This document shows, one piece after another, positions 28,594 through 38,435 of a stretch of 64,000 bases of DNA (positions within the stretch are counted from its first letter, which is position 1; each line of letters opens with the position of its first letter). The notes under the pieces are model-generated. The model saw only the letters and a program-made list of their open reading frames with translations, made no database searches and was not told the DNA's origin. This stretch comes from Nitrospirota bacterium (GTDB lineage: Bacteria; Nitrospirota; UBA9217). The stretch is from positions 1,280,001-1,344,000 of the forward strand of contig CAVVUN010000015.1 of the NCBI GenBank assembly GCA_963751455.1, written 5' to 3'. The position numbers and the translations under genes were made by a program.

Positions 28594-28821
28594 ATTCCTC
28601 TATCTAAATGTGCACGTCTTCGGTTTTGTGTCTTTGCGTCTCTGTTAAATTCCCATATTTGAAACTTAGCATGATATGAATAGACCGTCAATCTTGCGAG
28701 CGAAGCAAGAGTGAATGGCCTGTGCCTGGATTACGTGAAACTATTGCATACTACTTTAGGCAGGGTTTTCGATTAGTGCGTTTCCCCCTGCGGGTGAAGG
28801 CTCCTGACGTCTGAGCGGAGT

Positions 28822-29361
28822 TCAATCAATCCGGACAAAAGGATATTGTTCCAATTTTTCCCTCGTGAACAGAGCAGTACCCGCCCAGGTACCGATTGTT
28901 TCCACGGCAATGATTGCATCCGGATTATCGAAATCAATGCGGCCTGGCGCCGAGATCTTATCGAGTTCCTGAAGGAGCAGCGTATCCAGCACACGCTCCT
29001 CGTCCGGACTCGAGATCCTGCCCCTGAATCCCCGGCGATGTATTCTCACATAAAAACGTTTGCCGGCGAGCTGATCGCGCCAGCCGAGTATGCTTTCCTT
29101 TGCCTTTGCATCAAATTCTTCGACTGAGTTGAAAATAAAGGCACGGTCTACCGGGACGAGGCGAGACAGGAACGAAAGGGATTGGGGCGCCCTGTGCGAC
29201 CTTTCACGAAGGGTTTCGAGCATGGCGTTCAGGTCCTCGGCCCGCATGACAAGAACATTGAAGAATTCAGTTCGTCTGACTTCTCCAAAATCTCCGAATA
29301 CATCTTGCGCGCGCTTGTACCCATGTTCATTTACGCATATGACTGCATTCCATTCCTGCAT
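28822..29361 (-). CDS. THUMP-domain protein
   Basis: FYVRIHRRG...IDFDNPDAIIAVET. Confidence 0.8.
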   Translation of the reverse strand: MQEWNAVICVNEHGYKRAQDVFGDFGEVRRTEFFNVLVMRAEDLNAMLETLRERSHRAPQSLSFLSRLVPVDRAFIFNSVEEFDAKAKESILGWRDQLAGKRFYVRIHRRGFRGRISSPDEERVLDTLLLQELDKISAPGRIDFDNPDAIIAVETIGTWAGTALFTREKLEQYPFVRID

Positions 29362-29639
29362 GATGTGCCTGCCTGCCGTTCCTGTGTTTCAAGTATAGCA
29401 GGGGCGTTCGTGAGTTCGATGGTTAACCCCGGCGTCCAAAAGGTTTATCGTGGAAGTGAGGGAGGCACAAGAAGGTGGTCCAAAATTTCAATGAAAAGCT
29501 TGACGAGGAAATACCCACTTAAAACACATTTATCCGCAGATTTCGCAGAGTGCGCAGATTATTTAAGAAAGAATAAATCAGGCCATGTATTTTTATCGGC
29601 GAAATCCGCGTAATCTGCGGCTATATGTCGACACTCGCG

Positions 29640-32450
29640 CTAAGCAAGAAGCGCGTTCACCGTGTCCCGCAGATCCTCGAAATTGTAGGGTTTGGCCAGA
29701 CAGCCGGAGAATCCGTAAGAACCGTAGTCGGCGATTACGGAGTCATCGGAGTACCCGCTCGATACGATTGCCTTGACGCCCGGATCGATATCGAGAAGAC
29801 GCTTGATGGTTTCTTTTCCTCCTATTCCTCCCCGGATCGTGAGGTCCAGGATGACTACGTCGAAAGGCGAGTCCGATTCCAACGAGGCGGTGTACTTCAG
29901 GATTGCCTCTTCTCCGTGTTCGGCGTAATCGACTTCATGGCCGATGGCTTTTATCTGCTCTCCTACGATATTGCGGATCAATTCCTCGTCGTCCATCACC
30001 AGTATCCTGCCCTTACGAACAGCCGGAGAAACGGCGCGGATCGCAGGCAAGTCGGCCTCGGCTTCGACTGTGGGAAGATATACGAAAAAAGTAGCGCCCT
30101 TGCCCGGCTCGGATACGACATCGATGGCCCCGCCATGGTTCTTGATGATGGAATAGGAGGTTGCCAGCCCCAGTCCGCTTCCCTTGTCCTTGGTGCTGAA
30201 GTAAGGATCGAAAATCTTATGGAGATATTGCTCGGGAATGCCGATGCCGCTGTCCTCAATCGAAATCTCGACGTATTTCTGTTCTTGTGCCGGCTGGATC
30301 AGTCCCTTGCGCGGGGTCGCCACGTTTTTCGCGGTAATCAGGATTGTGCCGCCCAGAGGCATTGCCTGGTCGGCGTTAAGAATAATGTTTTGGATCACCT
30401 GCCCGATCTGGCCTTCATCCGCCTCGACTGTCCGGAGCCGCTCGTCGAGCTCTATCCTGTAGCCGACGCGGGAACCGCTCAGGGCGAACTTCACGGAGTT
30501 CTCGATCACGGACCTCAACTGCATCTTCTTTTTGAGCGGTTTTCCGCCCTTTGAGAAGGTGAGGAGCTGTTTTGTAAGGTCAACGGACATGTGGAGCGCC
30601 TGCTCGGCCTGTTCGAGCATCGCCAGGGAGCGGTCCTTCGTTTCAAAGCAGGTCTTCGCCATCGAAATATAGCCGAATACTCCCTGCAGCAGATTGTTGA
30701 AATCGTGCGCGATACCGCCGGCCAGTATGCCTATGGCCTCGAGCTTCTGGGTCTTCAGACGCTCCTCTTCAAGGAGATGCTTTTCGGTTATGTTGTTGAC
30801 CGTCTCGATAACGGACATAACCGAATCGGAACGGTCTTTTATCGGGAAGGCCTTTGTCTCCACGTACAGAATAGAGCCCTTGCCGTCGGTGTGGCGGTGC
30901 AGCGCGGTATGCGGCTCGCCGGTCTCGAAGACGCGTCGGACCGCGCATTCCTCCCCGGCCTCGTAGCAGGGACGCTGGCTCCGGTGGGAGGTCGCGTAGC
31001 AGTGACGGCCGATTACGCGGTCGGATGCCTCTCCGACCTGGTCGCAGTACGCCTTGTTTGCGGTCAGGATGCGGAAATTTCTGTCGATGACGATGAAACC
31101 TTCATCCACGGTGTCGAGAATGTTGCGTATGAACCGTTCACTATCCCTCAGCGCCTGCTCGGCTCGTTTGCGGCCGGTAATGTCCCTGAAGATGCCCACG
31201 GAAAACCGATTTCCCCTGAGCGTTATCGAGGTAAAGCAGATATCCGCAAAAAATACAATGCCGTCCCTTCTCAGCACCGGTATGTCCACGGCGATAGTCT
31301 TTTCACCCCGCATCTGTTTTTCAAATTCTTCGATGACGCGGGAAACCTCCGCGGAAGGATGGATATCTTCTATTCCCAGGCGGGTGAGCTCCTCCTTGGT
31401 GCAGCGAAGCATGGTACAGATGCTCTTGTTTGCGTCGACAAACCGCCTGGCTGAGGCGTCCGCGATCAGGATGCCGTCTGTGGCGGAATCGAAAATATTT
31501 CTGAACTTCTCCTCGGAGTCCCGTAAGGTGTCCTCCGCATTTTTCTGGGTTGTGACGTCCTGGACCGTTCCGAGCATGCGCCGGGGTACGCCCGCTTCAT
31601 CTATCACCCGGCTGATCGTATGGATGACGGCTGAAGACCCGTCCCTCCGGAAGAAGGAATAGTCCATCTCGAACGGCCGCTTTCCCTTCAGGGCGGCGTC
31701 GATACCGGAGAGGAATTGGTCCCGGCTTGCAGGATGCATGGTTTTGAGGATTAAATCGTAATCGGGTTGGATCTCCCCGGGTTCGTAGCCGTATATCCGG
31801 TACAGTTCGTCGGACCAGCGGACCGCATGGGTTGCGACGTTCCACTCCCAATCGCCGATGTGGGCTATTTGCTGGGCAATGTTGAGTCTTGACTCGCTCG
31901 CGCGAAGCGAGTCCTCCATCTCGATGTGCGCGCTGATATCTCTGACGATGTCGAAAGAACCCGCATAGCGGCCGCTGTCGTGGATGCCTGAAGAGCTGAC
32001 CTCGATATTGAGCCAGCGGCCGCTTTTGGTGCGTAATTTTCCGCGAAACTTGTCATACTTACCCTCTTTGCGCAATCTAAGGAACTCCTCGGTTGTGCGG
32101 CTCTTCTGTTCTTCGGGAATGACATCGAAGACGCTCATCGACAACAGCTCCTCCCGGGAATACCCTATCAGATCAAGGGCCTTCTTGTTCGCATCCACGT
32201 AATTCTGGTGTTCGTCAACGACGAAGACGGCGTCATTGGCGTTTTCAAAAAGATCGCAGTACCGCTCACCGTTCCCGTTCATTGCCCTGATTGGGACAGT
32301 GTTGTACCGGTCAAGGCGCGATATGATATCCTTCACCTTCTCAGCCGCTGCGGTAAATGCCGGCTGGACGTATTCGATATCCTTGAGCTTCCGGTAAAGC
32401 AGGTCGACAAGGTCTCTCACTTCATTTTTTAGCGGGTCCTGGTCTTTCAT
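29640..32450 (-). CDS. Multi-PAS hybrid histidine kinase with receiver domain
   Basis: Four PAS/PAC repeats; AGGIAHDFNN; GSGLGL; ILVMDDE...LDL. Confidence 0.93.
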   Translation of the reverse strand: MKDQDPLKNEVRDLVDLLYRKLKDIEYVQPAFTAAAEKVKDIISRLDRYNTVPIRAMNGNGERYCDLFENANDAVFVVDEHQNYVDANKKALDLIGYSREELLSMSVFDVIPEEQKSRTTEEFLRLRKEGKYDKFRGKLRTKSGRWLNIEVSSSGIHDSGRYAGSFDIVRDISAHIEMEDSLRASESRLNIAQQIAHIGDWEWNVATHAVRWSDELYRIYGYEPGEIQPDYDLILKTMHPASRDQFLSGIDAALKGKRPFEMDYSFFRRDGSSAVIHTISRVIDEAGVPRRMLGTVQDVTTQKNAEDTLRDSEEKFRNIFDSATDGILIADASARRFVDANKSICTMLRCTKEELTRLGIEDIHPSAEVSRVIEEFEKQMRGEKTIAVDIPVLRRDGIVFFADICFTSITLRGNRFSVGIFRDITGRKRAEQALRDSERFIRNILDTVDEGFIVIDRNFRILTANKAYCDQVGEASDRVIGRHCYATSHRSQRPCYEAGEECAVRRVFETGEPHTALHRHTDGKGSILYVETKAFPIKDRSDSVMSVIETVNNITEKHLLEEERLKTQKLEAIGILAGGIAHDFNNLLQGVFGYISMAKTCFETKDRSLAMLEQAEQALHMSVDLTKQLLTFSKGGKPLKKKMQLRSVIENSVKFALSGSRVGYRIELDERLRTVEADEGQIGQVIQNIILNADQAMPLGGTILITAKNVATPRKGLIQPAQEQKYVEISIEDSGIGIPEQYLHKIFDPYFSTKDKGSGLGLATSYSIIKNHGGAIDVVSEPGKGATFFVYLPTVEAEADLPAIRAVSPAVRKGRILVMDDEELIRNIVGEQIKAIGHEVDYAEHGEEAILKYTASLESDSPFDVVILDLTIRGGIGGKETIKRLLDIDPGVKAIVSSGYSDDSVIADYGSYGFSGCLAKPYNFEDLRDTVNALLA

Positions 32451-32833
32451 GGCTTCATCCCGAATACGCTTGCCCTCTCTTTACAGAGCGGAAGCGTGGA
32501 TCCAAAAAAGAAATCGGCAGGTCAATACATGGAGGTACACGCAGGAGGCAGGGAAAAAAATGCGGCACGACGAACAGACCATCAACCCGATAGCCTGATG
32601 TAGCATACGATACCACCAACCCGGTCGTCTCGTCAGCGCTCCGCATGATAAAAGAGTACAACAAAGGGGCTATCCTGGCAAGGAAATAGTAGGTGCGAAA
32701 CACGGAATGTTGCAGAAAATAAATTATTTCTTGCGAATGGGCGCGTAAAAATGGTAAGCGTCAAGTGTAAAAAAGCCGGTTCAAAAAGCCATTATTGCGA
32801 TTTGAAATGAGTTCTTAGCAGCTGAGCGTCTCA

Positions 32834-34219
32834 TTACGCGGACTTGATCTGCCGACGCAGTGGTTCTGCTCCCACAGCCCCGCCTTTCCGAGTGCCGGTC
32901 ACAATATCCCTGAGCGTAAGGTCCTCAACAGCCTTTTCGATTGCTTCGTCAATAGTGGCCACGATCAGGTCCACCGGTTCCAGTGCGACCATTTTCTTCA
33001 TTCCCGGTCTTTCATGATGGACGGCGGGATTGCGGGCAACCTCGTAAATTTCCCGCAGCAGGATCGTTCCCAAATCCCTGGCCGGCAGATAGGATGGCGG
33101 GTCCGCGGCGGTTTCGATGATAAGACGCTGCTTCAGCAACTCGTCGACGATCTCTTCAACGGGTTCTATGTTGACACCGAGCCGGTGCACCAGTGACGAA
33201 AGGGTCCATGGTTTTCTGCCCAGGTAGAAATTGTCCCCGATCAGGAACATTATCGAAACGGCAATCTGTTCGATAAGCCTGGCATGCGCCATGCCTGCAT
33301 CCCTGCGCAGAGAGAGAAATTGGGGATTCTGATGATAAAAGGAGACTTCAGCGCCGATCAGCAGGATAAGCCAGCTGAGGTATAGCCACATCATGAACAG
33401 GATGACAATGGCGAAGCCGGAATAGATGGCCGCATAGCGCGTGGAGGTTACGATGAAAGACCCGAAGCCCCATCCCACGGTTTCCCAGAGTACGCCGCCG
33501 AAGACCCCGCCGACAAGCGCCGAGGTCAACCGCACTTTCGTGTTCGGAATAAAAATATACAAAAAGGTAAAGGCGGCGCAGATCAAGATGTAGGGAACGA
33601 ATTGGCCGGCGTAGTACATGAGCGTACCGATAACATCGATTGAAACGAGGCGGCGCATGATCGAGGTGCTCAAGATCGAAGCGGTCAGCGCCATTGCCGA
33701 AACAACGAGCACCGGGCCGATGACGATCACGCTGAGGTAATCGCTGAACCGTCGGGCAAGGCTTCGGGAAGTTCGCACCCGCCAGACCGCATTGAACGCC
33801 TGTTCGACTTTCTGGATGAGGGAAATGACCGTGTAGATCAAGGTCGCCAGTCCTACGAGGCCCAGAACGCCGACCTTCATGTTGTCGATAAACTGCACGA
33901 TTGTATATGTCATTTCGGTGCCTTTGGGGCCGAGCGGGGCAAGGAGACTGAAAAGGAACGGCTCTATTTTGTTGTGGACGCCGAAGGCCTTGAGCACGGA
34001 AAAGCCGACAGCGAGCAGCGGCACGAAAGACAAAAGGGTCGTGTACACGAAGCTCATGGCCCACAGCGGGAGCGAGCCATTAAGAATGTCATCGGCGATG
34101 ACCACGAGGAATCTCAGGACCACAACTAAAAAAGTGTGCGGCCCCCGCCGGGAAGTGGTGTCGATCGCCCAAAGGTCTTTGGTGAAAAAGGCGCCTGCTC
34201 TGTTCCATAGTTTTATCAT
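32834..34219 (-). CDS. YihY/BrkB family membrane protein with C-terminal HTH-like extension
   Basis: YTTLLSFVPL, EQAFNAVW, LWETVGWGF, WLYLSWLILLIGAE. Confidence 0.88.
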   Translation of the reverse strand: MIKLWNRAGAFFTKDLWAIDTTSRRGPHTFLVVVLRFLVVIADDILNGSLPLWAMSFVYTTLLSFVPLLAVGFSVLKAFGVHNKIEPFLFSLLAPLGPKGTEMTYTIVQFIDNMKVGVLGLVGLATLIYTVISLIQKVEQAFNAVWRVRTSRSLARRFSDYLSVIVIGPVLVVSAMALTASILSTSIMRRLVSIDVIGTLMYYAGQFVPYILICAAFTFLYIFIPNTKVRLTSALVGGVFGGVLWETVGWGFGSFIVTSTRYAAIYSGFAIVILFMMWLYLSWLILLIGAEVSFYHQNPQFLSLRRDAGMAHARLIEQIAVSIMFLIGDNFYLGRKPWTLSSLVHRLGVNIEPVEEIVDELLKQRLIIETAADPPSYLPARDLGTILLREIYEVARNPAVHHERPGMKKMVALEPVDLIVATIDEAIEKAVEDLTLRDIVTGTRKGGAVGAEPLRRQIKSA

Positions 34220-34268
34220 TTGGTCTACCTTCGCCGTGTTCAGTGAACAGACGGCGTCATTCCATGAA

Positions 34269-34486
34269 GCTAGTGTAGTGTCTCACAAACGACTGGTGTT
34301 ATCATAGCGCGGCAGTAGGCCGCAGCCAAACTTGTAGGGCAAGGCTTTAGCCTTGCTGAAAGCGCCGGAACAGCAGCAACCCTAAAGGGTCGCCCTACAA
34401 ATTCATCAGCAAACATTTACGCGAAGATAAGTTTTCGATGAGAAAGCATCATATAACACCGTCCATTTAAAAGACACTACACTAGC
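34269..34486. repeat. MITE-like element with a 15-bp TIR enclosing a GTAG REP doublet
   Basis: GCTAGTGTAGTGTCT / AGACACTACACTAGC; inner GTAGGGC...GCCCTAC at 34334-34398. Confidence 0.8.
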
Positions 34487-34499
34487 AGGTTGAGAGAAG

Positions 34500-35198
34500 T
34501 CACGTGCCTCCTCGAAATTTTCGCCATTTGCCACGGCGCGCATGCTTCCAAAAAACAGGAAGAAGCGCGAACAGAGCCATAAGTAAAAAGCCCACTAGTA
34601 CTTTTCCGGAAACAATATCGCCCGGCGTCTGAATAGTGCGCAGCTGTCTTCCTGCCAGCGAGTAGACGAATGCGCCCGGAAATATGCCGCAGAAGGTTGC
34701 CGCCGCAAAAAGCGGCGTTGAAATGCGGGTAAGGCCGGCGACATAATTGACCATAAAAGCCGGCATAAAAGGAATGATGCGCAACACGAAAAGATAATTC
34801 TGTCCATGTTGTGAGATCTCGTCGTTGAAGCGCTTCAAGTAAGGAGCGTACTGTTCCTGGATCCAGCTGCCGATTACGTAGCGCGACAGCAGGAAGGCCA
34901 TCGTAGCGCCCACGGTAGAAAAAACGGACGAATAAAATGCGCCGGGTACGATGCCGAACAGAAAACCGCCGGTCAGGGTCAGAATCAGAGCGCCGGGTAC
35001 CAGGAACGAGGTTGAGAGGATTGCGGCAGCGAACGTCAATACCGACAGCAGATAATGCATCTTGACGAATGCCGCAAGCTGTTCACTGTATATTTTGATT
35101 TTTTCAAAGCTCAGCTGTTCGCTCGCAGCCGACATGAGGAGAGCTGCGGCGAGCGCGATGAGAAACAGCAAAAGAATTCTTTTCCAGTACTTTTGCAT
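34500..35198 (-). CDS. TVP38/TMEM64 (VTT/DedA) membrane protein
   Basis: GGFLFG, LRIIPFMP..VNYVAG, GIFPG. Confidence 0.9.
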   Translation of the reverse strand: MQKYWKRILLLFLIALAAALLMSAASEQLSFEKIKIYSEQLAAFVKMHYLLSVLTFAAAILSTSFLVPGALILTLTGGFLFGIVPGAFYSSVFSTVGATMAFLLSRYVIGSWIQEQYAPYLKRFNDEISQHGQNYLFVLRIIPFMPAFMVNYVAGLTRISTPLFAAATFCGIFPGAFVYSLAGRQLRTIQTPGDIVSGKVLVGFLLMALFALLPVFWKHARRGKWRKFRGGT

Positions 35199-35371
35199 TG
35201 GCGCGGGTTAATGCTTTACAAAGTATCAAGTTCCGGAAATTGACGAAGTCAGCACCACGAAAAAAATCGGCTTTTTGGTCATTCGGTATAATTATATTAT
35301 AATCTGTCCATACAAGAACGAATTATAAATTAGGAAAGCGCAGCATGACCCGGCTGTTGCATATCTGAACC

Positions 35372-36112
35372 ATGCCCACAAGATTTTCCATCATGACCTA
35401 TAACGTTCACAGTTGCATCGGCAGCGATGGCGCTGCTTCACCGGCACGCATCGCCGAGGTCATAGCGTTGTACGGAGCTGATATAATATGCCTGCAAGAA
35501 CTCGACATACGCCTGCTGCGGTCGGGCAAGGAAGACCAGGCCAGGGAGATAGCGGACCGTCTGAAAATGGAATTCCATTTTCACCCGTCGCTTCGGTTTG
35601 AAGAGGAGGGAGAATACGGGAACGCGGTCCTGACGCGTTTTCCGCTGCGTGCGATAAAGGCTGGAGAGCTTCCGACCCTGGCCGGCAGACGCGATGTGGA
35701 GCAGAGAGGGGCGCTCTGGGTACGGGTGACCGTGGAGGGCCGGGATCTTAATATCATTACCACTCACCTCGGTCTTGCATGGAGAGAGCGCCTTGCCCAA
35801 ACCGAGGAGCTGCTGGGTCCCTCATGGACAGGGAGCGCGGAGTGCCGCCCTCCCGTTATCCTGTGCGGAGACTTGAATGCATTGCCTCTGTCAAATGTTT
35901 ACCGGAGGTTTGCGGCAGCGTTCGTTGACGCCTGCTGCGGCAGGACCTGGAAACCGGGAAACACATGGCACAGCCGTTTCCCGTTTATGCGGATCGACCA
36001 TGTATTCGTAAGCCACGATATCACTGTGGAGAAGCTGGTTGTTCCACGAACAAAGCTTACCCGGATCGCATCGGACCACCTGCCGGTTGTGGCAGTCGTA
36101 ACGGTTGACTAA
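35372..36112 (+). CDS. Endonuclease/exonuclease/phosphatase family protein
   Basis: TYNVH, LQE, GDLN, IDH and SDHLP. Confidence 0.92.
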   Translation: MPTRFSIMTYNVHSCIGSDGAASPARIAEVIALYGADIICLQELDIRLLRSGKEDQAREIADRLKMEFHFHPSLRFEEEGEYGNAVLTRFPLRAIKAGELPTLAGRRDVEQRGALWVRVTVEGRDLNIITTHLGLAWRERLAQTEELLGPSWTGSAECRPPVILCGDLNALPLSNVYRRFAAAFVDACCGRTWKPGNTWHSRFPFMRIDHVFVSHDITVEKLVVPRTKLTRIASDHLPVVAVVTVD

Positions 36113-36381
36113 CCGGACAACAAAATCATTTTAAACCACTGATGAACACAGCCTGCACGCGCGTTTCTACTCGTAAACGCCGGCCGCAGGCGGATGAATA
36201 CAGATAATAAAATCGTCACGGTTCAGGTCATTTTTATCCGCAGATTACGCCGATTTCGCAGATCGAGGCACATTCGAATTCGGGTTTTAAAATCTGCGAC
36301 CATCTGTGAAATCTGTGGAGCTAAGCTTTTTCTCAGATTCGGCTTGTTCCGTTTGAGAGAAGCTGAGTAATTACATATATC

Positions 36382-36525
36382 AAATTTGATGGTTTCGTAA
36401 AAAGTCGAAAATCGCCGAAAGACCGTCATTCCGGCTTGTCCGGAATCCTTCTTTATCAACATGTTGTATGGCGAAACGATTCCCGACAAGCGGGAATGAC
36501 GACTTTTTACGAGTTCATCAAATTT
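36382..36525. repeat. Nested palindromic repeat
   Basis: Outer AAATTTGATGGTTTCGTAAAAAGTC IR; inner CGTCATTCCGGCTTGTCCGGAATC / GATTCCCGACAAGCGGGAATGACG. Confidence 0.8.
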
Positions 36526-36574
36526 ACTTTGATTTCAATCCGTGTTAATCCGCGGCAAAAGGGTTTTTTACAGA

Positions 36575-38281
36575 ATGAACAAAATACTCGAACCCGGCAG
36601 AAACTGCCAGGGCATTTATGAGGTCGAAACCAGCGGTCTGCTGATCGACGGCCGGAATTATTACCGGGCTTTTTATGAGGCGGCTCTCCAGGCGAAACGA
36701 TACATTCTGATTGCGGGCTGGCAATTCGAGCGCAGCGTGAAACTACTCCGCGGACGAGACGAACGACAGGCGGGCGGGGATGTTCGACTGGGCATGTTTC
36801 TGAACAGTCTCTGTGAAAAAAAACCGCAGCTCGAAATATTCATCCTGATGTGGGATTTCAGCGCCTTTGTCTCCCTCGACAAGGAATGGTTCAACAAATG
36901 GGTCCTTGACTTGATGACAAGCAGCCGCATTTACTTCCGCTTCGACAGCAAGCACCCCGTGGGAGCGAGCCACCATCAAAAGCTGGTCGTCATCGACGGC
37001 GCTGTTGCCTTCGTGGGCGGACTTGATATTTGCGCCAGCAGCTGGGATGACCGGACTCATGCTTCAGAGAACCCGGACCGTTTCCTTGATGGAAAGCGCT
37101 TTGAGCCTTACCACGACGTCCAGTCCTTTCATACCGGTCCGGCTGCATGGGAAATGACACAGGTTTTCAAAAGACGCTGGATCCATGCGGGCGGCTCAGA
37201 CCTGCTTCTGCCTTCACCGGAGGAGGGCGAATGCCCGCGTATCGCGCGCTTTATTCGTATTGCCGGCCGCCGCGTCGCGATCAGCGAGACCAGGCCGCAG
37301 ACGGTTGTGCCGATGCTGAAGCCTGTCCGCCACATCCGCGAGCTGTATCGGGATGCGATTGCTTCGGCCGAGAAGCTGATCTACATTGAAAACCAGTATT
37401 TCAGTTCTCAGGCTGTTTACCAGGCCCTGAAGGACAGGATGACAGAGCAAAGCAGGCCTTGCCCGCAAATCGTGCTGATCCTTCCGAAACGCCTCCATAC
37501 CTTTGTTGAGGACGTTTCCTTGAGCGCGGTCCAGGCGAAAATGCTCAAGTCATTAACGGAAATCTCGGCACGGCACAACAAACCCTTCGGGGTCTATTAC
37601 ACAGCGGCGGCGGTCGATCAGGGAGCATCGGAGAAAGGCACCTACATTCATTCCAAACTGCTTCTCGTGGACGATCGTTTTCTGACCGTCGGTTCGGCGA
37701 ATACGACGAACAGGAGCATGGGGATGGATACGGAATTGAACGTGTCCTGGGAGGCTTCGCGCGACGAGCATGACCTTATAGCATCCATCCGGCGCGCGCG
37801 TGCAAGCCTGCTGGCCGAACACACGGGTATCCGGAAAGCATCCGGGCTCAGAAGACTCGCGTCTATGGACGGGCTGCACGAGTACCTCAACATGCTGGCG
37901 GACGATCCCGGGTGCCGTTTGCGGCATCATACGATGGGATCGTTTCTTGAAGAGGCAGGGTGGATCAAGTCGCTTATGCCTGATGAGCTGGCCATCGACC
38001 CGGAAAGCCCCGTGATCGAAGAGACGCTCTATGAATTGATTTCACGCGACAGAAACGGAGTGTTCGCGAAGGGCATCCTCTTTTTGAACGAACTCGCGCT
38101 TGAACAGTCAACAGAGCAGCGCGAAGCCGGTGAGCGGCACAAAGGGGAAGATGCCGCAGGAGATTCGGGGGCAACGATCGGAAACCTCGGTCATCGCGGC
38201 GTTCTCCGCTGGTATGTGCTGGCGGCAATCGGCATCATCGCCGCGATAGTTATCTGGCTGCTTTTGACGGTGAAGTCATGA
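36575..38281 (+). CDS. Phospholipase D family protein
   Basis: HHQKLVVID and HSKLLLVD HKD motifs; IENQYF; C-terminal TM helix. Confidence 0.92.
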   Translation: MNKILEPGRNCQGIYEVETSGLLIDGRNYYRAFYEAALQAKRYILIAGWQFERSVKLLRGRDERQAGGDVRLGMFLNSLCEKKPQLEIFILMWDFSAFVSLDKEWFNKWVLDLMTSSRIYFRFDSKHPVGASHHQKLVVIDGAVAFVGGLDICASSWDDRTHASENPDRFLDGKRFEPYHDVQSFHTGPAAWEMTQVFKRRWIHAGGSDLLLPSPEEGECPRIARFIRIAGRRVAISETRPQTVVPMLKPVRHIRELYRDAIASAEKLIYIENQYFSSQAVYQALKDRMTEQSRPCPQIVLILPKRLHTFVEDVSLSAVQAKMLKSLTEISARHNKPFGVYYTAAAVDQGASEKGTYIHSKLLLVDDRFLTVGSANTTNRSMGMDTELNVSWEASRDEHDLIASIRRARASLLAEHTGIRKASGLRRLASMDGLHEYLNMLADDPGCRLRHHTMGSFLEEAGWIKSLMPDELAIDPESPVIEETLYELISRDRNGVFAKGILFLNELALEQSTEQREAGERHKGEDAAGDSGATIGNLGHRGVLRWYVLAAIGIIAAIVIWLLLTVKS

Positions 38282-38351
38282 GGAAGATCAAGAGGGGATG
38301 AGTGGTCGTCTCCAAAGGAGGCGTCGGAGGCAGGAGCGTCCGGTTTATTCT

Positions 38352-38426
38352 CCTAACCGGGTGGCGATAATCACCGGCCTGTCCGGTTTTGGCAAGTCGT
38401 CGCTCGCTTTTGACACTCCCTATGCA
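38352..38426 (+). pseudogene. uvrA: uvrA N-terminal fragment
   Basis: IITGLSGFGKSSLAFDTPYA matches the UvrA Walker A region. Confidence 0.65.
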
Positions 38427-38435
38427 TTGCAGGCG

